A stretch of DNA of 53,727 nucleotides, taken from IMG/VR virus record IMGVR_UViG_3300030060_003273, positions 1 through 53,727 of that record; one strand, written 5' to 3'. Positions 1 to 10,600 of this stretch are shown here, in pieces. Below the pieces are notes generated by a model. The model was not told the origin of the DNA, ran no database searches, and was given only the letters and a program-made list of their open reading frames with translations. This DNA comes from a virus (Duplodnaviria > Caudoviricetes). A program made the translations under genes and the position numbers. Every line of letters starts with the position of its first letter. Position 1 is the first letter of the stretch.

Positions 1-2943
1 TGCGAAAGCGGTCCCTGTTGCGAATCTTGCACCTTCTATAGTTAATGTCCTAGTTTCACTATTATCAGCACTTCTCGATAATGTTGTATCTCCTTTAACT
101 TCTAACAATGCAGTGGGGGTGCTAGTCCCAATACCAACATTTCCTCCACTAAATAAAGCGGCATAATTTGTATCTGCCGAACCTACATCAACTGTAAGAC
201 CTGTTGCTGTTGAAGTTCCACTAGTTGCCCCAACAACATCAATATCCATACCTATAACAGTTGATGTTCCTAAACTAGCCGAGTTAACATCTAAGTTAAT
301 TCCAACATCGTTATGTGCGGCTGTTCCTGAACCTGCAACTGTTCTATCAAAATCAACGTGAAGCCCTACTAAATCTTCTGCACCATCTCCAGATGTGTCT
401 GTATTAACCACCATAGATTTACCATCGAAAGTTAATTTAGATTCAGCATCTAATTCAGTTGTAGTAGCACCAACAGTGACAAGTTCATTTTCAGTTGCAC
501 TGTTTAACGCTGTGATAGGACTCGCTACTAAATCAGTTCCATTAATAGCAAATGTTTTACCCGATGCCAAATCTATACCACCATCATCAATATCTAAGAT
601 TTCTACTTCATCTATGTATACAGATATCTTACCATGGTTGGCTGTGCCTGATGCGGTTTTAGTTGTAATTTTAATTTCTTCTGCCGTTTTATTAGAAGCA
701 CCGTTTAATACTTCAATATTCAAAGATTCTGCAGCACCTGTACCCATTTTGAGAGATACATCTGCATTATTAACATCATCATAGATAGTTAAGTCCCCAC
801 CAGTTAAAGCAGTGATTGCTTGTGAAGCATCTACCCCTATAACTGAAGATGATGCTGTAAGACCAGTACCTGCGAATAAAGTTGCTAAAGCACTAACCGC
901 TGTCTTCTGCTCTGTTGACCCGTCCGAATCGAGTGTAGAAAGGAAGTCTCCGTTAGCAGGTGTAACTGTACTCAATTCGGATAAATCCAAAGTTAAGGTA
1001 ACATCACCTGATGTGCCCCCACCTGACAGACCTACTCCAGCAACAACACCTGTAATATCACCCAGTGGGTGCTCTACACAGGTTCTCCACCCGTCATGAC
1101 CTCCTGTAAAGTCTGTTTTAGCCAGATTAGCACAGTTTTCAGTGATTGTGGTATTACCAGCAGCCCCTGCTGCTGTCTGTGTAAGTGTAAGTACACCTGC
1201 ACCGCTATCTGCGACAGAAATCAGAGGGCTACCACCACCGTGCCCGTTAGCATGTTCAATTGCCGCTTTTAATGAAGTGGCGTTAGCAGCAGCCCCACCA
1301 TTCGCATCGAATTGTAAACTAGCAGTGGTTGGTGAGTTTTTAGCGGTATATGTTCTTGATGTTCCATTGGTAGAAATTATAGTAATTGTTTGGTCCTCTG
1401 TAACATTACCTGAAAGAGTGATTGTAGCAGTTGCAGCAGAACTAGCACCGTGATATATGAATTTACCATATTGCCCGTTGCTTAAAGCATGATTCAAACC
1501 AGTTGTATCAAAGGTAACAGCATTACTACCACTGGTAGCAGCATTTTTAATTTCTATGATGTGACCATTAGGGAAAGTACCGTTTGGATTTAGTGTAAGC
1601 GCCCCATTAGTTGGGTCTTTAAAGAAAATATTGGGGCCGTCAAACGTACACGTATCTGCCTGTACAGATTCACCACCTGAAAAGTAGGCAGATGCTGTTA
1701 CATTTGTTAAATTTTCAGTAATTGTTGTATTACCAGCAGAGCCAAGTGTGACTTGTGTTAAAGTTAAGGTACCTGAACTGTCATCTGCTACAGTAATTTT
1801 ACTGGTGGTGTGCCCGTTTGAGTGCTCAATCGCTGACTTTAGTGATGTAGCATTGGCTGCTGCACCGCCATTTGCATCGAACTGTAAACTGGCGGTAGTT
1901 GGAGAATTTTTGGCAGTATATGTTTTAGAAGTACCATCTGTGGATATTATTACTATGGTTTGGTCTTCTGTCACGTTACCAGAAAATGTAATGGTTGCTG
2001 TGGCCGCTTTTGGTTTATCAATTTCAACTTCATTCGGCCCTAATCTATGAGTATGCCTAGTACTACCCATTTTAGCACTATAAAATAATTTAGAATTTAC
2101 AGTGGTACCTGCTTTATTAGCATTTACAGGTGAATAACTCTGCCACATCGCTCCGAATGGTGAAGTAGATAAATTACCTGCTTCAACTCCACTATAGATA
2201 TTATCCAGAGTTTTATTGTTAGCACCATCTATAGCGTTAGCAGCAGTTTCACTACCTAAAGCGCCACCTGTACCTTGTGTAAAGAATATAGGGGTCTGCC
2301 TGTAGTAACATCTCTTATCATGTACTTCTGATGCGTTAAAACCAGCGGGTATAGCACTTGCACTAGCGGCTATAGTCATTCTAACAGTTGCTAACATTAC
2401 ATGTTGATGATTACTAAATGTACCACTTATGTGTGGGTCACTTAGGAATGTAGAAGGTGTAAGAGGAGTATTGGTTAAACTATTAGCAGGTGTACCTAGT
2501 TCATACATCAGGTTGTTATTAGCACTATTACTGGCTACGTATATAGCCACCCACACATCTGTGTTAGCAGAAAAAGGTAGACCTGCTAAAGTAGGTGCAC
2601 TACCACCACTACCTTGATAATTTGCAGTTGTACCTATTGTGAAAGATGCGCTAGAGCCCGGACCATTAGCAAAGTCATAAATTGCCCCATCTATTGCCAC
2701 ATATCCACCTTGCACAGTGACTACTCCACCAGATGTTACAGACACATGTCCCGGTGTAGTGGCACCTACTGCATTTCTATTACTTGCACCTATAGCAAAG
2801 TCTTCTCCACGTATTATACCATTACCGTGAATCGCTCCGTAAAGGCTTGTAAGAGATGGTGAGGTTATTGTGTCTCCGTCTTTAAGACCGTCTGCGTTAG
2901 TAAAGCCGCTTGCTGCTGTATGGCCTGCTAATGGATTTGTCAT
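1..2943 (-). CDS. Tail fibre / receptor-binding protein, 3'-truncated by the window edge (at least 981 aa; absent from the ORF track)
   Basis: Hand translation from ATG at 2943 (upstream GGAGGTGA) gives MTNPLAGHTAASGFTNADGLKDGD... and stays open to base 1. It is G/S/T/A-rich and contains GDITGVVAGVGLSGGGTSGDVTL and GNVGIGTSTPTALLEVKG, motifs typical of phage tail fibres. Confidence 0.85.
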   Translation of the reverse strand, partial: MTNPLAGHTAASGFTNADGLKDGDTITSPSLTSLYGAIHGNGIIRGEDFAIGASNRNAVGATTPGHVSVTSGGVVTVQGGYVAIDGAIYDFANGPGSSASFTIGTTANYQGSGGSAPTLAGLPFSANTDVWVAIYVASNSANNNLMYELGTPANSLTNTPLTPSTFLSDPHISGTFSNHQHVMLATVRMTIAASASAIPAGFNASEVHDKRCYYRQTPIFFTQGTGGALGSETAANAIDGANNKTLDNIYSGVEAGNLSTSPFGAMWQSYSPVNANKAGTTVNSKLFYSAKMGSTRHTHRLGPNEVEIDKPKAATATITFSGNVTEDQTIVIISTDGTSKTYTAKNSPTTASLQFDANGGAAANATSLKSAIEHSNGHTTSKITVADDSSGTLTLTQVTLGSAGNTTITENLTNVTASAYFSGGESVQADTCTFDGPNIFFKDPTNGALTLNPNGTFPNGHIIEIKNAATSGSNAVTFDTTGLNHALSNGQYGKFIYHGASSAATATITLSGNVTEDQTITIISTNGTSRTYTAKNSPTTASLQFDANGGAAANATSLKAAIEHANGHGGGSPLISVADSGAGVLTLTQTAAGAAGNTTITENCANLAKTDFTGGHDGWRTCVEHPLGDITGVVAGVGLSGGGTSGDVTLTLDLSELSTVTPANGDFLSTLDSDGSTEQKTAVSALATLFAGTGLTASSSVIGVDASQAITALTGGDLTIYDDVNNADVSLKMGTGAAESLNIEVLNGASNKTAEEIKITTKTASGTANHGKISVYIDEVEILDIDDGGIDLASGKTFAINGTDLVASPITALNSATENELVTVGATTTELDAESKLTFDGKSMVVNTDTSGDGAEDLVGLHVDFDRTVAGSGTAAHNDVGINLDVNSASLGTSTVIGMDIDVVGATSGTSTATGLTVDVGSADTNYAALFSGGNVGIGTSTPTALLEVKGDTTLSRSADNSETRTLTIEGARFATGTAFA
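1096..2007 (-). repeat. Two copies (about 1669-2007 and 1096-1438) of a ~110-aa module within the tail fibre gene
   Basis: ATATITFSGNVTEDQTIVIISTDGTSKTYTAKNSPTTASLQFDANGGAAANATSLKSAIEHSNGH versus ATATITLSGNVTEDQTITIISTNGTSRTYTAKNSPTTASLQFDANGGAAANATSLKAAIEHANGH. Both copies end TLTQ...G.AGNTTITEN...F.GG. Confidence 0.95.
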
Positions 2944-2944
2944 A

Positions 2945-3298
2945 TTATCTCACCTCCACAAGTATTGAAAACTTTAACTCGTTACCGCTGTTCTTGGTCA
3001 CAGGTTGAACAGTATATCTAAATATTGGAAGAATATCAGTGCTATCTGATGGATTCTTATACTGTAATACTACTTCTCTAATGGGAGTTGTGAATGCAAC
3101 AGTAGTATCTAACTTACCTTCCACTGAAATTGTATGTTCATCAAGTACTTGGACGGAGGGGGTTACTACAACGGATGGCCTACCAGCCCCTCCGTCATCT
3201 GAAGTAGAACTACTACCATCGAATCCAAATACCATTTGGTTTATTTTACCTGCTAATGTTTCTGTCAAATACCTGTGTGCTTCTATTAATATTGGCAT
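2945..3298 (-). CDS. Small baseplate / fibre-attachment protein (117 aa)
   Basis: Lies between the hub and fibre genes. The pattern INQMVFGFDG...PIREVVL...FRYTVQPVTK...LKFSILVEV resembles tail-fibre N-terminal attachment domains (P2 gpH / DUF3751-like), judged by eye. Confidence 0.55.
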   Translation of the reverse strand: MPILIEAHRYLTETLAGKINQMVFGFDGSSSTSDDGGAGRPSVVVTPSVQVLDEHTISVEGKLDTTVAFTTPIREVVLQYKNPSDSTDILPIFRYTVQPVTKNSGNELKFSILVEVR

Positions 3299-3300
3299 AT

Positions 3301-4680
3301 TTATCCTCTCTTAATTAATTCATCTTTTGATTTTGCTGTTCCTATTCTACTATTTGATTGGCTTATTGACCTAACATCTTCTGTCCGACCATGTATACGG
3401 CCACGTGTTTTACTACCAATAATTAACCCTTTAGTGAATCTATTAACTCGTTTGACTTCTATTTTACTTCTAATCTGTATTTGGTCACTAGTTGTCAAAT
3501 TAATAGTGTTAACTTGTTGAGTAGTTTGGTTACCCCTATCAGAGTTATTTGTGACCCCATCTTCTTGAAATTTTTGAAATACATCTTCAATACTACCTGC
3601 TACAGCAGATAAAGTAACATCAGTCATTTTGTTAGTTAAGTCATGTCTTGTTTCTAATACAATACTTTCTTCTACTTCGTTACTATCTGTAAATTTAATT
3701 TGATGTCCGGGGGATATTTTAGAGCCTTTTATAATACCTGTTACCTTTTTAATAGATTTGGCCCTGTTAGCAGTAGCCAATAAGCGCTGACCTATTCTCT
3801 GTGCAGATACCTCAGTAGATGCAGTTGGTACAAATATACCACCTTGTACTTCATTTACTACACCGTCTGTTTGCCTACCTGTGTCCTCTACCCTTACCAC
3901 ATTATCTATGTTGTTAGCCCACTTTTTACCGTATACTGTTACTCTATTTGGAGTGTGTTCTATATTATCAGATGAAGTCCCTCCAGTAACCAAAGAACTA
4001 CTTAGATAATGCTCATTACTTATTTGGTTCTGATGTGTATAATGTAAATTTCCAAATCTATCACCTCTTAAACTCTGACCATCATGTTTGGATATAAACC
4101 TAATAGCAGTTATTGCATCAACATCAAAGAATGAATGTGATAAAAAGTTAGTACTGTGCCTACCCTCGGTCACTTTTGTTGAATTTATACTACTACCTGA
4201 CTGGTCAGCAACTTTCATAGCCAAATCTGTGGTTCTAAACCCTATATCAATAGACTGACCTATTTTAACTAGATTGTCTTCAAAGTCTATGTCAGCAAGG
4301 CTGCGCCCTTTCATATTTGATAGTGAGAATTTGCTACCCTTGGTGGCGGTGGTAGTCGATGTAGAAGGAGCAATTCTGTTTTTGGGATTGCTTTCTGAAA
4401 ATAACAAAACAGGTACATCTATATTACTTTTAAAAATTGAACCACTGTAGTTATTGTTATGTGTTAGTGTAACTTCTTCTTCACCCTCTATTAATCTATA
4501 AGACCTATCATGTGATATATCAAAGTCATTATCCGTTGGTGGTTTGACAACATGGCCTTTAGTACCTTTAGTATATTCACCATGTACAATTGTATTATCT
4601 ATAAATACAGGCCCGAACGATGCTAAAGAGTAAATAGTAGAATCATTTTTACCCGTAATTGTATTATAAGCATTTACCAT
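3301..4680 (-). CDS. Baseplate hub / Tal-like protein (459 aa)
   Basis: Motif series AIRFISKHDG...DRFGNLHY, PNRVTVYG, SAQRIGQRLL, ISPGHQIKF, IVLETRHDL fits the gp27/gpD hub architecture, as does its position. Its start overlaps the stop of the giant gene. Confidence 0.65.
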   Translation of the reverse strand: MVNAYNTITGKNDSTIYSLASFGPVFIDNTIVHGEYTKGTKGHVVKPPTDNDFDISHDRSYRLIEGEEEVTLTHNNNYSGSIFKSNIDVPVLLFSESNPKNRIAPSTSTTTATKGSKFSLSNMKGRSLADIDFEDNLVKIGQSIDIGFRTTDLAMKVADQSGSSINSTKVTEGRHSTNFLSHSFFDVDAITAIRFISKHDGQSLRGDRFGNLHYTHQNQISNEHYLSSSLVTGGTSSDNIEHTPNRVTVYGKKWANNIDNVVRVEDTGRQTDGVVNEVQGGIFVPTASTEVSAQRIGQRLLATANRAKSIKKVTGIIKGSKISPGHQIKFTDSNEVEESIVLETRHDLTNKMTDVTLSAVAGSIEDVFQKFQEDGVTNNSDRGNQTTQQVNTINLTTSDQIQIRSKIEVKRVNRFTKGLIIGSKTRGRIHGRTEDVRSISQSNSRIGTAKSKDELIKRG

Positions 4681-7600
4681 TATATCACTCTCTTTATGTC
4701 TTGCGGGTAACTCAACTGACTATACCTCGCTTTTACATTATAATCGGGTCTATCTTGTTTATCTGTTTCTATTTCGGTAACTCTACGAGGCGCATCAGAA
4801 CGGAAATGCCTCAATGTATTATCTGACATAACCATTCGACCTACACTTTCTGATAGTCCCTTTTCTTTAACTGAGTACAATATTCCACCCACAAAGTCTG
4901 ATTTAATCATACCTGCTGAACCCGAGTCTGTCAAAGTGATAGTAGTATTACCTGCTGAACCTGCAACTGATTGTGTAACATGTACTTCATTACCAATAGA
5001 TTCTGCTATAAAGTCAGATTGGTGTGTAATACAGGCTGCTAAATTGTCAGCGGCTATTTCATTAGATGTAAATGTTAAAGTTTGACTAGATAAACTACCA
5101 CCAGTAGTAGCAGCACTTAATTCAAATGTAGTTGCATCGGTAATTGAAGATACTGTGGCACCTGTAGGTATACCTGTTCCACTAACATTCATACCTATTT
5201 GTAATAATGTAGTACTGTCTATTGTAATAGTAGGGTCATTATTGTAAGCACCTGTGCTGTTAGTAAATGTCAAAGCCCAAGTTTTACCTGATGGGTTTTG
5301 GGCACCTATTGTAAAATTATGAGTGGTCGTCCCAGTAGAAATGAGGGATGCTATATCTCCATTATTCAATTCGCTATAATCTGTTATCGTAATAACGGCT
5401 TTAGCCTTAGCGTCAGTTTCCTTTCTAGTCGATAAGAAATCAGATGTCATAGCCCCTGTGATTAGAGGGCCATGTGCAACAGGCACTGTTAAACTGGTGG
5501 CTGGTGCTAATGCATATACTGGAGAATATGTTCTTGCTGTACGGGCACTAATTGCTTGTAGATTGAACATTCCATATTTACCACCTGATGTAGCACGGTA
5601 AAAGTTATTCCCATTATCAGAGCCATATAAGAAATTAGTTACAGTTACATTATCTAGATTTTCAGTTATAGTAGTGTTACCTGCTGAGCCGACAGTCACC
5701 TGTGTTAGAGTTAACCTGTTTTTACCTATACCTGTACCATCACTATGTTGCTCTACAGTGATTTTATTTTGATGACCTGCTGCATTTTCTATGCAAGTTT
5801 TTAATGCAGTAGCCGCTGCAATTGCATCTGTGTTAATAAACTGTAAACTACCAGCAGTTGTACTACCTTTAGCAGTATATGTTTTAGATGTGCCATCCGT
5901 TGATATTAAAGTGATTGCTTGGTCTACACTACAAGCACCTGAAAATGTAATTGTGGCCCTTGCTTTAGATTGACTTTGAGGTGCGGCAGTCTTTACAGCA
6001 GGTGCATGTCTAAACATCTGCATGTGTGTATTATCCAACGCTCTACTAGGTCTCAGCATAAATTTAATTGATTTATCATAAATATTAGTTCTAGTTTTAG
6101 GACTGTGGTTACTGTCTTGGTAAGGGTTTCCAGAAGGTGTACTGGCTGTTAGATTACCCCAACCTGTGTCATCAAACGGCTCTGCGTAATTACTTACTTC
6201 TAAAACATAGGTTCCTCCTAAAGGCCATATTGTATAACAGTTAGATGATTTTATAACAGCGTTAGTAGGTTGACTTGCCCAACTCATAGATGTCATATCT
6301 AAGTTTAGTAATATTCTATTACCACCTGTGTAAGAACCACCTAGTGCTGCTCTTTGACCTATTTCTCTGTCAGTATGAAGACTGTATGCTTGTGTACCTA
6401 TGGCTACATATTCTCTTTTTTGACCCGTTCTTAAATCACCTAAATTATCTGCATCTATACCTATCCTTGGAGCAGACCTAGATACAGGTTCAAACAAGTC
6501 AACTGCATAACTAAATGTACCTGTTAAAGTTTCAATTCTTCTACTTACACTTGCCTCTGGTTTTAATAAACCGTAATCATCTGCTATACTAAGTCTATCA
6601 CTAATTCCACGTTTAATTTCTGTATCAGCGGGTGCATCATTACTAGCCCTAATCATTCCTTTTCCAAAATTAGGCTCTGCTGTATTAGCAGATAATACCA
6701 TACCTGTGGCTGATGCAGCGTTTGATATATCGTGTAACATACTTTCATTGAATACAGTAGGCCATCTTACTCCTCTACCGTCACCTCTATCTCCTACTCT
6801 AAGTGCAGTTTGTGGATTGAACCAATCTACTTTACTCATATTAGCAACGTCATTATTAGTTGTGTTATCTTCACCACTTAACCTGTCTGTTAAGTCCCCT
6901 TTGAAGATATCAGTGGTTATACGGTCACCTACATTAACATCTAAGTAAGCATCTTCAGGGTCCCAAGCGGGTCTTATTCCAAAACCACGTGCAGGGAATC
7001 TACGTACATCTTCCCCACGAGTGTTACCCCACCAGTCTACCATGTAGTAACGGTGAGCACTAGCAAGTTCGTCTATACCTTTACCCGCATCATCCCCGGG
7101 ATATAACCTTCTAACACTCGATGAGTTTCTAATGGTGCGCACTGGGCAACCAAATGGTCTAGTTATTCTTCTACCATCACTATATCTGACTTGTCTACTT
7201 AGTTGGTCTTCGTTTAACAGAGCAGTAATTTGAGTTAATCTTCCTAGTATACCCTGTTGAACAGATATCAAAGAGTTTGATGAATATTCTGTACTAACAA
7301 TTGTTTCAAAACCTGAACCTGCTCCTAGATAAGTAGATGTATATGCTTCACTTTGTACAAAAGGACCATTATGATAGCCTGCAGAGTTATTAGTCAACAT
7401 GACATTATCTTGTATAACTTGGTTTGATGCACCTGCTATATTATACTGGGCTATATGTGAAATATCAGCGTCTGTGTGTGCCCATGCTATATTATCTAAT
7501 ATTAACCAACCCGCTTGGTCTCCAACGGCTATCTGAGTAGGGTTGTTTTTTACAGCAACAGTATTACCATGACCGTTTGCACTAGTAACTGCTGTTTGTA

Positions 7601-10600
7601 ATTCTAATCTAATACCACCTTTGGTTGTTTCACCATTTGTATTTACATATATTTCAGGTATAGATTCATTAGCATCTTTGTAATCACCTGATGCGTAAGA
7701 ACCACTACTATCAAATACATATTTTCTAATTCTGTCATCTATTGTAGATTTAATAGTTATAGATTCACCATTAATATCACCAATAGTGCCTGTTCTAATT
7801 TGAATTATATACGGGGCTATCTCTAAAAAGGCTCTTGTGTATATAGACCACCTTGGGCGGTTATACGGCTGTCTCAGCCCAAACCTATAGCCAAAACACC
7901 TGTTTCTTTCATAATCTGATAATGAATTGACTTTATTATAAGTTAATTTGGATATACCTTCTGTTGAAGTGCTTGTAATTGATGAATCTTTGTACCCAAA
8001 GCAGTCTAAACTTGTAAGCGGTCCCCAACCTACCATAGCGTCTGCAAACCCATCTAATCGGCTTACAGCAGGCCCTCCTCTACTTCCACCGGGCCAGAAC
8101 CCTATGTAATTATACTGATTCCCGTCTGTAAATCCTGTTACAGTTAGTGTACTTGTAGCAGCAGTGGAGGAAATAGTTACATTACCAGCACTGCCAGCAG
8201 TTGCCTGTGTTAATAATAGAGTATCTGGAGTTGTATCTGTATTAAGAGTATTATCGTCATCGGTTATTTCAACTAATATCTTACCATTATGACCATCACT
8301 GTGCTCAATTGCCATTTTTAATCGCATTGCTATAGCACTAGCAGTAGCATCATTTTGTATTCTTACAATTCTTTCAGTGCCTGTTCCTACAACCGCTGTG
8401 TCAGTAGGAGCAGCACCATCATCAAATGTATAAGCCCTAACAGTACCATCTGTAGATGTTATTGTAATTACTTTAGCATCATAGTCGGCATCATCTGCTG
8501 ATAAACACTTAATTCTAGCCACTGATTGGTAATTACCACCTTGTGGGTTGAGAGTAACAGAGCCATCCACTATAGCATCTATGACAGCAGCAGTGCTAGA
8601 TGCACCTGTATTGTTAATGGCTGTTCCATTAGCGGCTATGCTAGGGGGAGCAGGTGCAGTCATAGATAAATTGAAAGGCCCTTTACTTGCTGCATAGAAG
8701 AAGTCATGATAATGTATAGTTTCAAAGTGCTCAGGTATATTGTTATAACCAACTTTGTCAACAGGCGTATCTGCTGCTCCATTTTTATCGTAAAATCCTC
8801 TACTACTATCATCACTGTACCAAGTAAATGGCCTTCCTAAATTAGGGTGCCAAGCACATAAAAATGCATCAGGGCTGTGTAGACTATTAGTATCTCTAGT
8901 GCCATGTAGTAATTGAGGTAATGTTCTTGTAGCAATGCTTTTATCAGAATTAGTATAAATTTCACCTGCTTCTCTATTGTCATATGGCCCTGATAATTTA
9001 AGGTATACACGGTTAGGACCAGATGCTGAAACCATTGCATCTAGAACTGTTGAAAAGTTATCTGATGGTACACCATTTTCCCAACCTACTACCCCTATAA
9101 AATAATCTGACTTTGCTAATGTTTCTGTAGGAGAATTAGCATCACTAGTTGCCCCTGTTCTATACAAGTAAGTTGCCAACCTTCTTTTACCACTACTATC
9201 AGTATATTCAAGATATTCACCGTAACTTGGACGAACTGGGAATAAATCAGCATTATTAACTGCTATTTTGTAATATGTGAATGTAAGTTCTATTAATGAA
9301 TTAGTAGCAGTAGTATCATTATTAACTCTGAACAAAGTGTCACTATCTATCTGTGTAACATAACTATTAGCGGCAATCCCTGTACCTGTAACAGTCATAC
9401 CTACAGATATTTTATTCATGTCAGCAGCATTTTCTAATTTAATAATTTTAGGATTGCCTCCAAAGGTAGCAGCACTACCTGCTGAATGGTTAGTTGCAAC
9501 TGTTAAGTAAACTGTATCTGTTCTTATTTGGTTACTGTCTTCCCAAACAGTACATACAGGAGTTAAACTTCTGTTTCTATAATGATTTTCATACACATCC
9601 AAGTAACTAGATGGGTAACCACCTAAAGTTATTTGACCACCAATTGCTCCAAATGTGTTACGGGATACTTCATAATAGTTGTCAGGTTTTAACCATTCTA
9701 AATTACGCCATCTTGATGCTGCTACGGAGTTTACACCTTCACTATGAACTACTGACCACCAAGGTACGGTTAGTGTATATCCCGGGGTAGCCTTTTGGAA
9801 CATGTTAGGGTGATAAGGTAAACTTCTACGAGTAAAATGAGGTGATGTATTTTCATTAACACCTAGAGAATTGTATAAACCTAGTGTAGGTATATTGGTA
9901 AACTGGCTACCTGCATCTGGTTCCATATCTAACATTACTTCGTTAATTATTATTTCACAGCCTCTAATGTCAGCCATAGTAGCCTCTGCTAAAACTAATG
10001 TATATGCCCCGTATAAACCACTTACATCATGTTCAATTGCTATAACTGTGTTTACCTGTTGGGTTGTAAGGCTTGAAGTATAACTTGATGTTTGAGAAGG
10101 TGCTAATGTGGCACTACTAGCATTATTATGAAAACCTGTTATTTGTGCAGAAAATAAATTAGGTTGGATTATAATTTGATAGGCTCCTGTTTCCATAGGG
10201 TCAGGGAAGTGCTGGTTAAGTGTATAAGCACCCGCTGCTTCTAATACTATACTATGACCACCTTGTGCGTTTATAGCACCAGCATCACCAACACTGGCTG
10301 CTATACCATAACCTTCGTATTTAATTTTAGTTTCAGTTAATAATGTAAATGCACCACCATGTATATCACTAGGGCTGTGAGCAGCAGTAGGTGTTGAAAA
10401 CCAAATTAAAGGATGTAAGTAAGATAAATTATTACCTGAGTCCGTAGGTGATGTTATATCTGCTTCTAAGTATTCTGTTGATTGATTTTCAGCAAGTTTA
10501 CATGATTGATGTAAATCAAACATACGTTGGTAAGCAGGGTGGGCATAATGCCCGGGCATAATAGCCATTGTTGGTGTAACATAATTATGACCCATACGAG

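Noticed and set aside
1096-5966. Repeats as template/variable regions of a diversity-generating retroelement
   Set aside because: In the core I compared codon by codon, the differences are synonymous and not adenine-specific. All copies are coding, and there is no reverse transcriptase in the window.
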